64,000 nucleotides of DNA, taken from NCBI GenBank assembly GCA_028534125.1, contig CM052817.1:103542001-103606000 (forward strand). Direction: 5' to 3'. Under the pieces are notes generated by a model. The model was not told the DNA's origin, did no database searches, and saw only the letters and a program-made list of their open reading frames with translations. The stretch comes from Lama glama (Eukaryota). This document shows, piece after piece, positions 1 through 11,529 of this stretch. The translations under genes and the position numbers were made by a program. The number at the start of each line of letters is the position of its first letter. The stretch's first letter is position 1.

Positions 1-94
1 GGATACTGATTTTTTTATAGTGTTTAAATATTTTTATTCCTGTGAAAGTTTGAGTTTTGTTTGTTCATTTATCTTGCTGAATTCTGAGATACTC

Positions 95-407
95 CATTTG
101 TCAGGATTCTCCAGAGAAACAAGCAATAGGACGTATACTGTTAACCAGAGAAGACTCTGGGCTGCAGCTGAAATCCGAAAGTCATCCTTTGGCTGAACTC
201 CCTCTTGTTCGTTGTAGGTCAGTCTTCTATTCTATTCAGATTGGGTGAGGCTCCCCCACACTTTGGATGGCAGTCTGCTTAAAGTCCACCGTTTTAAATG
301 TTAACCTCATCCAAATACAGTCTCAGAGAAACATCTAGAATACTATTTGACAACATGTATGGGCACCAAGGCCCAGCAACACTGACATATAAAACTAAGC
401 AGATACC
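95..407 (+). mobile_element. MLT2-type (ERVL) LTR remnant
   Basis: Begins tcaggattctccagagaaac and ends ...gggcaccaaggcccagcaacactgacatataaaactaagcaga, resembling MLT2 termini as I recall them; boundaries approximate. Confidence 0.6.
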
Positions 408-944
408 TTCAATCCAGAATTGTACTAGCTGAGCAAAACAAATGATTCCTGTCCTGGAGCAGTGTACTTCTAGAATGGAGAAAAAAGACAATCAAATAAT
501 AAACGACTGCTACAGTTCTTTCAGGCTGAGAAAGTGCTGGAGGAACAGGGAGAAGCTGATCAGTGTCAAGAGCACGAGAGCACTGTGTGTGGGAAAGGGT
601 CAGCTGTGAAGACTGGCGGTCAGGGCAGGCATCTTAGAGAACAAAGAATGCAAAACTGGATGAGGGAATAGCATTGGTGGAGCACTGCAGAATGAATGGC
701 TAGAGCAAATGTTATGGGGATGGGATTGGCAAGCCGGGGACAGCAAGGGGGCCAACACATAGAGGAAGTCAGTGAAGTGAAAAAAGTTAACAGTGAGATC
801 AGAGAGGTGAGTTAGAGGGAGAGCCAACCTTTTTTTTTTTTTTTTGTAGGGTCACAAGGCCATGATAGGCATTGTTGTAGTCTATGAAATGGTCCTTAGA
901 GACTTTTGAGGAAGAGAGTAACAATATTTAAGAATTTTTTATAT

Positions 945-1108
945 AGTATATATGGTCTCTTGGCAATTACTCAGTGCTGCCATTGTAGCGTGAAAGCAGC
1001 CATAGATAATACAGCACATAATGGCCTGCCGTGTTCCAATTCAGCCCTTTTTACCAAAGCACGTGCTGGGCTGAATTCAGTCTGCAGGCAGTAGTTTGCC
1101 AATATCCT
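945..1108. mobile_element. MER58-like hAT-Charlie DNA transposon fragment
   Basis: tactcagtgctgccattgtagcgtgaaagcagccatagataatac...tgttccaat...gtagtttgcc matches the MER58 consensus as recalled. Confidence 0.65.
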
Positions 1109-3089
1109 ACTCACGGGGCAATCTGCCAATATGAGCATTGGAAATGCAGCATGTACCGTTGACTCAGCAATCCAAAACACCAATCCGACAGGTATCTCCT
1201 GAAATCTTTTTTTTGTTTCTTTGTTTTTGAGAAGGAAATGGACATTAAATCGTATGGATTACTTGCTATGCCAATAATGACAAACAGGCTTCATCTCAGG
1301 ACAATGCTGATTGATTTGTAGCGGCGAGGCCTGGAATGCTGTGTTAAGGATTCTGAGGTTTTAAGGAATTTTTCATAAAGTGGTGTCCCATACATGTGAA
1401 AGATAGATATCCAAGGTTATTTGTTGTCCTACTGATTTTGAGAAAATACTGTCACAAGTGAAGTTCATCATTGGAGGATTGCTTAAGTGAATTATAGTGC
1501 ATCCAAATTGGACTGATGATGCTTTAAGTAGAATGACCATTTATATGTATTGAAATATCACTTTCCAAAATAATGTAAAGGTGTAAACAAAATAAAAATG
1601 AAAAACAATCATAATGGTGTGTAATATACCATCATTTGAATGTGTGGATGTGTTTGTGTTAGTACATATGTGTTTAAAATATGTGTGGTATACATGAAGA
1701 TCTAGGAAATGTTTATCTGTGAAAAGTAAAACTATGTGACTGGGAGATTCAGCATAGTGGGAGACCATTATGACCTTATATACTGTAATTTTTATATTTG
1801 TACTATAATCAGGTAACTTTTAAAAATAATCAATATTAATCAGTATTTTTAAAAGTATACCACACTGTATATACCACATTTATATACCTATTATCTAGAG
1901 CTACAAGAAAAAAAAAAGGAAAGGAAACTTATTTGCCGACACTTATGATCATTGGGTTAAAAACAGGAAATATGACAAAATTACAAGCAAACCTAAATTT
2001 CAGATTTCCCTTGAAAGTATGGGTGTAAAGTAATAATAAATTTCACAGATAAACCTGATAGGTGATAAATTAATAGTCAATTTATGCTTTATTTTTAATA
2101 TGTTTGTGTCTGTGGCAATCACGTTATTTAATCTTACAGAGACATCGTTATTTGGCAAAAGATTTAGGTCCTGTTACTGGAGATTTTGCAGGACCTGACT
2201 TCAAACCCAAATTTGTCTGTATAAACTAGTGCCATGGCCTCAAAACCCAAGTATGTGTAGATCACAAATTTCCTTCAGTTGTTCCTATCAGAGAGTCATC
2301 CTTTACTCTGTTGTGAAGGTCCTTCACTTTGTTAGGAAGGACATTTTAATGAACCCATTTGCACCTGCCATTTACTTACAATAGCTAAAACCATGCATTT
2401 CAGAGAGATTTTTCATAGTTGTCCATGTCGATCTACATGTATTATTTTTAAACATTCACTGACATTCACTGCAATGTAAGACAAATTAGATGTCTTGTGG
2501 TAGCAATTTTCAGAAGAACCGGTTGTGAAACATTATTTTTGTAACTAAAAATTTCAAGAAATTTGTAACAGAATCCCACCCACACTTTTCTGTGGAGAAA
2601 AAGGAATCACAAATATAGTTTTAAAAAACAAAGGCTAAAACTACCTGTCTTCTGATACTTGAAAAACAAACATGAATGTAGCATGCCCCCTGGGATCTGA
2701 ATATCTGAAAAACTGGAATCAAACGATATTCTAAGGAGTGCTTTGGTCAACCCGCTGAGGCAAAACCCCAGCCACTCAAAATTTACCTGTGTCAAGACTG
2801 CCACAACATACCATTTATTACCACTCACTGAGGCCTTGTGTGAAATCAGGGCGGCCACTGGTCCAGAAATGTCTTCAGAGAAAGGAGAAAAGCCACTAGT
2901 CTGAGGGGGTTGTTGCTGGGGAAAGCTCCTCTGTAGCCAGGACCGTCCTGGGTGAGAACCGCCTTGCTTAGCCCAGTGAAGGAGCCCCCAGGCTGTCCTG
3001 ACAGCTTGCCAGATATGGGGCACAGGGGAGGCCCGAGGGTGAGGGTGAAAAGACATCAGCAGTCAGACATCAAAGATGGACTCAGACTC

Positions 3090-3095
3090 TTTATT
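3090..3095 (-). terminator. Candidate polyadenylation signal of the partial TRIM gene
   Basis: AATAAA on the minus strand about 60 nt past the stop at 3157. Confidence 0.5.
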
Positions 3096-3156
3096 GCAAG
3101 GACTTGCCAAGAACATAGCAAGAACGTGGATCATACAGAAAGTCTTCCAAGGTGGC

Positions 3157-3717
3157 TCAGCACTCATCTTCAACTATACTTATTGTAAGTGATTTAGAAG
3201 AAGGTCTAATAGAGAAATAGGGCATAAGTTTTTCTGTAAAAATGTCACTGAATATATACAAAGGAGACCTATCATTCATATTGTAAAAAGAAACTTCTCC
3301 CAAATCAAAGTCCAGAAAAATGCCAATCCGACAGGCATTTCCTGAAACCCGTGTGTCACGGGTGGTTCCCCAGAGCTGAATTTGCCAGCAGCCATTGCTT
3401 GGGGAAGGTGACACAAGAGAATTTCTTGGGAAAGATTCTTTACACACCCCTAAGGACCATTCCCCGCTGCCTCTGCCTTCTACCTGCCAAAAATGCCTGC
3501 CAGCATCAAAACCCTCCGAACTCAGGACAGCGGGGTAAGAGGTAAACTCTTGGGGAGGATGAACACAGTTTGGTTCCATCCGTCGAAAAGTTGCAGTTTT
3601 CCGATCTTGTGAAATTTGGAGGCTGTGGTGAGCAGTTTCAGGCTCCAGTGTCAAATGGACCTGAAAGGTGCTGATCATTTTGTGCAAGCCAAAATACTGT
3701 GGGGGGAGAGTGAAAAC
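3157..3717 (-). CDS. Partial TRIM60/TRIM75-family protein: linker plus PRY-SPRY (B30.2) domain; 5' part lost in an assembly gap
   Basis: Open frame from the gap edge: VFTLPPQYFGLHKMISTFQVHLTLEPETAH...GRHFWQVE...IGIFLDFDLGEVSFYN...LMPYF...EDEC*. Colinear with LPPQYSGL...LDPETAH...GRHYWEVEV...IGVFLDYDLGEVSFYN of the TRIM at 8192-9613. No stop in 186 visible codons. The ORF-track start at 3687 is a TTG, not a true start. Confidence 0.85.
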   Translation of the reverse strand, partial: VFTLPPQYFGLHKMISTFQVHLTLEPETAHHSLQISQDRKTATFRRMEPNCVHPPQEFTSYPAVLSSEGFDAGRHFWQVEGRGSGEWSLGVCKESFPRNSLVSPSPSNGCWQIQLWGTTRDTRVSGNACRIGIFLDFDLGEVSFYNMNDRSPLYIFSDIFTEKLMPYFSIRPSSKSLTISIVEDEC

Positions 3718-4217
3718 NNNNNNNNNNNNNNNNNNNNNNNNNNNNNNNNNNNNNNNNNNNNNNNNNNNNNNNNNNNNNNNNNNNNNNNNNNNNNNNNNNN
3801 NNNNNNNNNNNNNNNNNNNNNNNNNNNNNNNNNNNNNNNNNNNNNNNNNNNNNNNNNNNNNNNNNNNNNNNNNNNNNNNNNNNNNNNNNNNNNNNNNNNN
3901 NNNNNNNNNNNNNNNNNNNNNNNNNNNNNNNNNNNNNNNNNNNNNNNNNNNNNNNNNNNNNNNNNNNNNNNNNNNNNNNNNNNNNNNNNNNNNNNNNNNN
4001 NNNNNNNNNNNNNNNNNNNNNNNNNNNNNNNNNNNNNNNNNNNNNNNNNNNNNNNNNNNNNNNNNNNNNNNNNNNNNNNNNNNNNNNNNNNNNNNNNNNN
4101 NNNNNNNNNNNNNNNNNNNNNNNNNNNNNNNNNNNNNNNNNNNNNNNNNNNNNNNNNNNNNNNNNNNNNNNNNNNNNNNNNNNNNNNNNNNNNNNNNNNN
4201 NNNNNNNNNNNNNNNNN
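3718..4217. other. Assembly gap (500 N, probably placeholder length)
   Basis: Exactly 500 N. Confidence 0.99.
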
Positions 4218-7200
4218 AGTAGTGCCAGAACCCTCACACCAGCCCCACCCAGTAACCAGCAAAACAAAACAAAACCCCAAGTTAGTCAGTCTTCCTTCTC
4301 TCTCATTCATCTTGCACCTACTTAGTAACCACTGTGGTCACCTCATAAACCTTATTGTGGGAATAATAAATGTTTTCATATTCTTCTGGTATGTGTGGCA
4401 TCATCAGTCCCGACACTGATCCAGATTTTGGGCCGGAACCCACCCTGGCTACAGACCCTAGTCCTAACATTTGGCACTCTGCGCAGGCATTTCTCCTGTG
4501 TGGTTTGGCGTCAGACTGGCTTTACTGCCCCAAAGCAAGCATACACTTTGAGCTTTTATGCCTTTTCTTGCAAATCAGCCCAGCCTTAATGGTGTCCCCT
4601 CCCAGGGTTGGGTGAGGGGAGGGGAACACAGAAGAAAGATGGAAACCTGAAGAGGAAACAAAACTAGAACAGAGGTCCACAATTTGACCTAATTGGAAAT
4701 CCATGATATACTCAATTTATTGAACGAAAAAGATAAAAGTGTGAGATTCTCTTTTGTGCTCCCAGTAAGTTAAAACCCGGTGCCCCCAACGATGTTAGTA
4801 CGTTACTGAACATAAAGTGGACATCAAAGAGGTATGCAGCATCTTATCCATGGGAACTGTGGCCGTGCCTGAATTCCCCAGTTCATAGTACATGTTGTCC
4901 TAAACTGTCCAAGAGAAGGCATGGATGATCTGACCCGTGAGAAATAGATAAAAATTAAATTGAACTGTTGGCACCTACAAATTGGCTTCACAAAATGGGA
5001 TCCCATGGAATTTCAAGATCTATTTTGGGTAAGGTTTAATTATCCCCTCTGCTTTTGTTTTACTTAAATTTTGCCTGTTTTTTAACTTGAAGAGGGAACG
5101 GTATCTCACAGTGAATGACCACAACCTAAATGCTGTGTTCTCACCCAGTGTTGTCTAATTACTGGTTCCATCCAGTCAGCAACTGGTAAAATATCTGTTA
5201 TACGTTTGGCCAGTATGTTCTAATCAGAGCTTATTTCAACAGCTTCCCAGCCATAATTTTCCTTTACTTACAGCAGGATACCAGGCAATCCCAGGAACTT
5301 CAACAACCTTGCATGGGCAGGCAGTGTGTGGGGACAAGATTTTCACTTCATCCAGCTTTCTCTGGGAGTACAGTTATGATTTACATTTCTGATGCCCTTC
5401 TTCAGAGAATCATTTGAACACTCAGTCTTGGTTAATTTCCTGACAATTACTTGGTAAACTGAGAGCACCTCTATCGCTGACACTGTCGAGAAATAGCTGT
5501 TGACCCTCTCAAAACCCACGATGTGGAAACAAGCCCAATGTCTTTTAGGCCTTTTTGGGTTTTGGAGGCAACATATTCTTCGTTTATCAGTCTTACTTAA
5601 GGCCATTCATAGTGTTACTTGCAAATCAGCCCACCTTTAATGAGGCCCCTTCCATTGAGGGCTCTAGAATCTGTCAAAGTTGGAATCCGTTAAGTGCTCC
5701 TATTAGTGCCCCAGGAACACCTCCGTGGGGCTTCAGCAACTTCCTTGTGCTTCCTGGAGACTCTGGACCACTGTGACCTCCACAGGTTCCCCTGCACTCT
5801 TGTTACAACACCCTGCCCTGCTTAGATGTGTGCCATTGCCACACTCATGACTATTGACAGTTACTGTTGTCTATTGAGAAGAGCAAAATCAAATTGGTTT
5901 AGGTCCTTTTATAACATACAGATAGATAATAAATTTGTGTAAATAATGTATATGTGCAGTTTAAAGGAAAAATACCATACTCAAGTGTCTACCATTCAAC
6001 TTAAGAAATATACCTGTGGCTTCAAGTCCTTCCATACCCCTCCTCAATTGCATTCCATTTCCTCCCTGGAACCCAAACTAATCACTAGCCTGAATTTTGT
6101 GTTGCATCCCTTGTTTGCTTTTCTTTATGGTTGTCATATGTATCATTAATAAATTGTCTAGTTTTGCCTGATTTGGGGCTTCCTATAAATGGAAACATAC
6201 AATAGATTTCCCTATGGCTTGCTATTTTCTCTAAACGTTACGTTGAGATTCTGATACATGTAACTTTGTCTATTTTTAAAATTGCTGCAGAGTATCTGTT
6301 ATATGATCGTATCAGTTTGTCCATTCTATAGTTTCTACAGTTAATAAGAGGGCCCATATGACATTTTCTATTGCCAGAGAGAAAAACCTTTCTCTAATTG
6401 TCAACTTAATTAGCTACATTAAAAGAAAGAAATCACTGGTTTCCTATTGAAAGAACCATGGGGAGCAACTTACTAGTTTGAAAAAGGGTAAGCACTAATT
6501 GCTATGAAGAGAAACAAAGCAGGGATCTGTGACAGACAACACTGAGGAAGGGATAGCAACTTAAAGCAGCTGTGCAGATGTCAGATAGAAGAGTGTTCCA
6601 AGCAGAGGGAATGGCAGGTGCAAACCCATAAGGAAGAATCACCCCTGGCCTATGGAAACAGCAAGTTGCTAACAGTGGTTGGAGCAGAGCAAATAACGAG
6701 TGATAGGAAACAAGAAAAGGAGTAGCAGGGGCCCAGACAGTGTAGCAGTGTCTGTGATATAACCGTAGGGGCCACTAAGTGCTTGGTGGATTTTGAGCAC
6801 GCAAGTGGCACATTTGTTTTCAAAGGATCGCTTGGCTGCTGTGTTGCTGACAGACTATGGGGAGCAAGGATAGAACCAGGGAGACAAATTAGAATACTGG
6901 AGTAATAATCTAGTTTATGTATTCCTTGTACATTGTTTGCAAATGTTAGATATGGTCTAAACAAATACCCACCAGTGGGGAAATCACTAGGTAGCACTGA
7001 CAGCATTAATTATTTTATGTGAAGAACAGGAGGTATCAAAGGTAACAGAAGTAACAACAGAAAAAAAAAAGTACAGAAACTAAGTGAGCAAATATGAGCA
7101 ATAAAATGAAGGGTAAAACCAATCATAAAATACGTCAAGAATCAACGTTGTACTGGAGGTCCCAGCCAGTGTGATCAGGCAAGAAAAAGTACCTAGATTG

Positions 7201-7917
7201 TTAAGAGAATTTAAAATGTATTTGCTGATGACATAACTCTGCATAAAACCCAATGGATCTACTTAGGGAAAACCTTACAAAAGACATTAAGGGCATGTAC
7301 AATGAAAAGCTACAAAATACTGCAGAGAGAAGTTAAAAGATCCAAATAAGTCAGTTCACGGGTTAGAAGCCTTGACATCAAGATGTCAGTCCTCCCCAAA
7401 TTGGTCTAAAAACTCAACACAATCTCATCAAAAACTTAAAAGTCTTTTTTGATGATACAAGTTCTTCTGAATTTAACCTATCTGTGATCTACTGAAAACT
7501 GTGGTTCCCTGAGGAGAGTTAGCCTGAGGAGGAAAACACAGAAATCAACAGGGATTCTGGGAAAAAGGTCAATTCCCCAAAAGGGTCAAGGATGGCAGCT
7601 AAATGGAGCTAAGGACATGTAGTCCAAACGGGAAAAAAGCGAAGATTATCTTCTGATTGCGTGCATATATTTAAGTATATGATGCATGTACATAGTGGGG
7701 GCACCACCCCATCTTCAGTAGTACTAAGTGAAGATTGAGAAAGACAGACACAGAATTAGAAGGAAACATGTTACTGAGAAATACTGAGGTAAAGAGATGA
7801 AAGTTGAATGTGGCTACCTTCACACAGCAGTTGGTCCTGTATGACTTTAAAAGAGGCTTATTTATTTTTTAAGGAAAAAAAAAGTAGGCAATTAATACAG
7901 AAAAAAATTACTGGACT

Positions 7918-7923
7918 TTTATT
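7918..7923 (-). terminator. Candidate polyadenylation signal of the TRIM61-like gene (second AATAAA at 7861-7866)
   Basis: AATAAA on the minus strand about 270 nt past the stop at 8192. Confidence 0.5.
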
Positions 7924-8191
7924 GACAATTAGTGAACTTCTAAAGTAATGTATTTCATAAGTATTTCATCTTAGATTTCTAAAGCACTTTCCGATTGGAT
8001 CCCTTAATTTATCTGTAAGGTAGGCATTATAACCACACTCTTCAGAAGTTTCTAAAACTGAGAAAAACTGTTCTAGTTGTTTACAGGAAAAACTAAAATT
8101 AAATAAAGAATTGCTGAGACTAGGTTCACTAGCTTAGTTTTGCCCAGTCACTGACAAAAAACAAACCATTTAAGAGTCTTACAGTAGTCCA

Positions 8192-9613
8192 TCATTCAGA
8201 ATCTGCTACTGTACAGATTTTAAGAGGTTTAGAGTCAGTTCCAGTATAGAAATAAGGCCAAAGTGCTTCTGTAAAACAATCATTAAAAATATAGAGAAGA
8301 GCTCTATCACTCAAATTGTAAAAGGAAACCTCACCCAAATCATAGTCCAAAAACACGCCAATCTTACTGGGTGTTACTCTTGGCAGAAGATTAATTTTTT
8401 TAGGGCCCAGTGCAACATAATTACTCTGGCTGCATCGTCCAATACCCCATAATCCATCCTGTACTAAAATCCACTGATTCTGACTCTTTCTCCTTCTGGG
8501 AAGCGAGTCTTCACAGACACCCACGATCCATTCAGGCTTGTCTTTCACTTCTACCTCCCAATAATGCCTGCCAGCACTATAGCCCTGAGAACCCAGAACA
8601 GCTGGGCAGAGATAAAATTTCCTCGGGTTACGAGATAAGCTTTTCATTTTACTTCCATAATGCACAGTTTTTCTATCTTCTGAGACAATAAGTTTACGAT
8701 GTGCTGTTTCAGGATCTAGAACTACATCTACTTGAAACTGCTTGATAATTTTGTTTAGGCCAGAATACTGTGGAGGAAGACTGTAACCATATTCTTTCAA
8801 CTGGAATGAAAAAGGTTCAGGAGACTCTATGGTTCTATACCTATGGTAGATATTTTTAACATCTGCCAGTAATTCCAGTTCTGACTTCACATATTTGCTC
8901 TCTATCTCCTTTAACAGATATTTTAATATGGAAACATGATCTGAAAATTTTGTTAGATTTTCATTTAGTTTTGTTAAAATATCCATTTCTTCATCTTGTA
9001 ATTGCCGAAGAACAGTCTTCTGCTCGTTTTGGAGAAACAACACAAGTTGCTCAAATTCAGCCTTTATTTCTTCTCTCCTATATTCCACTTTCTTCTTCAG
9101 TTCCAATGATTTTCTGGTTTGCATAGTTATTACTTTTTCAGCTTGCTCCACTCTCTCCTTCCAAAGCTCAGTGCAACGCTCCAATCTTTTCCTGTGATAG
9201 GGGGCAGCTTTTTCTATAGGCCAAATGTAGTGATTCCGGTGATCAGTGGAGAAACTGCACTGTGGACATAAAACCTCTTGGTCCTTCTGACAGAAAAAAA
9301 TCAAAACCTGATTGTGCTTTTCACACATAAGCTTCTCTTCCTGCCTCTTCCTCTTGCTTTTTCTCATCTGGAGCAGCTTAGCAATTTCAGTCAAATTGCC
9401 CAGCTGGAGATTGCGCATCAATTTCCTTTCTGAACAGCAAAATCTGCAAAAAGGGCAGGGGAAAGTATCATTTAGATCCTTCCAGGACATATCAATACAG
9501 GACCGACAGAAGTTATGCCCACAGATGATAGTCACTGGGTCTTTCAAGTAGTCCAGACAGATGGGGCAGCTCGCCCCTGCTTGGAGGTCTGCCAGGGCTG
9601 TCACAAACTCCAT
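8192..9613 (-). CDS. TRIM61: Tripartite motif E3 ligase, TRIM61-like (TRIM60/61 family), 473 aa, uninterrupted CDS, RING-Bbox2-coiled coil-PRY-SPRY
   Basis: ATG at 9613 gives MEFVTALADLQAGASCPICLDYLKDPVT (the ORF-track start at 9721 is GTG). Intact C3HC4 RING (CPIC...CGHNFCRSC...CPFC), B-box2 (CEKH...FC...D...CPQC...H..H), LDPETAH PRY motif, and GRHYWEVEV / IGVFLDY / LWPYF SPRY motifs. MEFVTALADL and WKERVE..EKVITMQTRKSLELKKK match my recollection of human TRIM61 better than TRIM60. Family is certain; the exact symbol is less so. Confidence 0.85.
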   Translation of the reverse strand: MEFVTALADLQAGASCPICLDYLKDPVTIICGHNFCRSCIDMSWKDLNDTFPCPFCRFCCSERKLMRNLQLGNLTEIAKLLQMRKSKRKRQEEKLMCEKHNQVLIFFCQKDQEVLCPQCSFSTDHRNHYIWPIEKAAPYHRKRLERCTELWKERVEQAEKVITMQTRKSLELKKKVEYRREEIKAEFEQLVLFLQNEQKTVLRQLQDEEMDILTKLNENLTKFSDHVSILKYLLKEIESKYVKSELELLADVKNIYHRYRTIESPEPFSFQLKEYGYSLPPQYSGLNKIIKQFQVDVVLDPETAHRKLIVSEDRKTVHYGSKMKSLSRNPRKFYLCPAVLGSQGYSAGRHYWEVEVKDKPEWIVGVCEDSLPRRRKSQNQWILVQDGLWGIGRCSQSNYVALGPKKINLLPRVTPSKIGVFLDYDLGEVSFYNLSDRALLYIFNDCFTEALWPYFYTGTDSKPLKICTVADSE

Positions 9614-9953
9614 GGAACCACGTGAACAGAAGTGGTCAGGTAATGAGCCCTTTAGGAAGACTGGGTCTCTGGTGCTCAAGACCCAGTGAGCAGTGGATGT
9701 CTTCCCCCAGACCTCATACACGGACCAGCTTTCAGCTTTAATGGCTTGGTATGTTGATGGCAGCCTCTACAGACTACTCCTCTCTCCCTTAGCTCCAGAG
9801 TCTGTTGCCAAGAAGACTCCAACTCCACAGGCTGCAGTCTACTGCACACTAGAACACAGTAGCTGGGCCGCTGCTCTTCCCACTCATGTGAAGTGAAGTT
9901 CAATGGCTTTCTAGTGTAAGAAAGTAGTCTTAGGTCCAAGGCAAGGAATCCTT

Positions 9954-9977
9954 CCTATGGGTGAGAAAAGACATTAA
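9954..9977 (-). promoter_or_regulatory. Probable splice acceptor of a 5'UTR exon of the TRIM61-like gene (exon starts at 9954)
   Basis: Minus strand cttaatgtcttttctcacccatag|gaag: branch-like cttaat, pyrimidine tract, then TAG. Confidence 0.55.
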
Positions 9978-10766
9978 GTTAAAAATACGGTCCCACGACC
10001 ACCAATGTATTAAAACATTAGCACAAGAATCATCAATGAATGCTAAACTCATTAGATGGAGGTACATGGAAAAAATGGGAATTTACAGTTGTAGACATTC
10101 AGCTCACATTCCTTATTAATCAAAAAAACAACAAAATATGGCACAAATTGACTCTATGTGCTTCCTGATATGATGCAATGGGAAGCACACAAAACTGCCT
10201 ATAAAATATTCTATCTCAATCTAATCACGAGAAAACAGTAAGTCTAATTTAGATTGTGGGGCATTTACAAAAAAATTGGTATGCGTTCCTCAAAAATGTC
10301 AATGTTGTGAAAAGGCACAAAAAAAAGATTCTAGATTTAAGACTAAAGAAATATGACAATAAAATATGATGCACAATCTGATGAATCTGGGATATAAAAT
10401 AAAAAATTAGACTAAACTAAAAGAACACTTTGGGGAAAAATGTGAGCATTTTAGTATGGACTGTATCTCATATAACATTGTATGAGTACTAAATTGTGTT
10501 TAATTTATCATATTATTTATAACAAGTAAAATGTCTTTGTTCTTAAGAGATAAAACTGCAGCGGTGGGAGTGGAGGTGGGGACCCAATGGCTGCAACTTA
10601 CTTTAAGAAGGTTCAATAATTTTAAAAGGTATATATACATAGAGAAAAGGCAACTATATAGCAAAAGGCTAACAATTGGTGAATCCGGGCAAAAGGGATC
10701 TTTATGTTCACTGCATATCCTTTCAACTTTTCTGTAGATATGAAACTTTCAAAATAAAAAGTTAGG

Positions 10767-11529
10767 GGGCCATCATCAAAAAGTCTACATATAATAAATG
10801 CTGGAGAGGGTGTGAAGAAAAGAAAAACTCTCTTACTGTTGGTGGGAATGTAAATTGGTGCAGCCACTATGGAGGACAGTATGGAGGTTCCTTAAAAAAC
10901 AAAAAAATAGAGTTACTATATGATCCAGCAACCCCATTCCTGGGCATATACCCAGAGGAAACTACTTTGAAAAGATACACACACTCCAATATTCACAGCA
11001 GCACTATTTGCAATAAGGAAGACATGGAAGCAACCTAATGTCCATCGACAGACAACTGGATAAGAAGATGTGGTATATATGTGAGTGTGTGTATATATAT
11101 ATATATGAATATTACTCAGCCATAAAAAAATGAAATAATACCATTTGCAGCAACATGGATGGACCTAGAGATTATCATACTAAGTGAAGCCAAAGACAAA
11201 TATATCACTTATAAGTGGAATCTAAAAAAAAAGATACAAAGGAACTCATTTACACAACAAAGACTCACAGATATAGAAAACAAACTTATGGTTACCAAAG
11301 AGGAAAGGGGAGTAGGGATAAATTTGGGATTAACAGATACACATTGCTATGTATGAAACATAAACAATAAGAACCTACCATATAGCACAAGGAGCTACAT
11401 TCAGTATCTTATAATAACATATAATGGAAAAGAATCTGAAAAATAATATATATATGTATAACTGAATCACTTTGCTGTATGCTTGAAACACTGTAAATCA
11501 ACTATACTTCAATTTAAAAAAAAAAAAAG
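10767..11529 (+). mobile_element. 5'-truncated LINE-1 (end of ORF2, 3'UTR, poly-A), next to an older L1M 3' fragment at about 10000-10760
   Basis: ctgttggtgggaatgtaaattggtgcagccactatgg; MDLEIIILSE motif in the ORF track; aactgaatcactttgctgta 3'UTR; A-tail at 11516-11529. Confidence 0.9.

Noticed and set aside
3616..4419. Long ORFs of 184-267 aa around 3.6-4.4 kb and 241 aa at 53059-53784
   Set aside because: Artefacts of translating through N runs.
9614..9721. 36-aa N-terminal extension of the TRIM ORF in the ORF track
   Set aside because: Starts at GTG; family proteins start at MEFVTAL (ATG at 9613).
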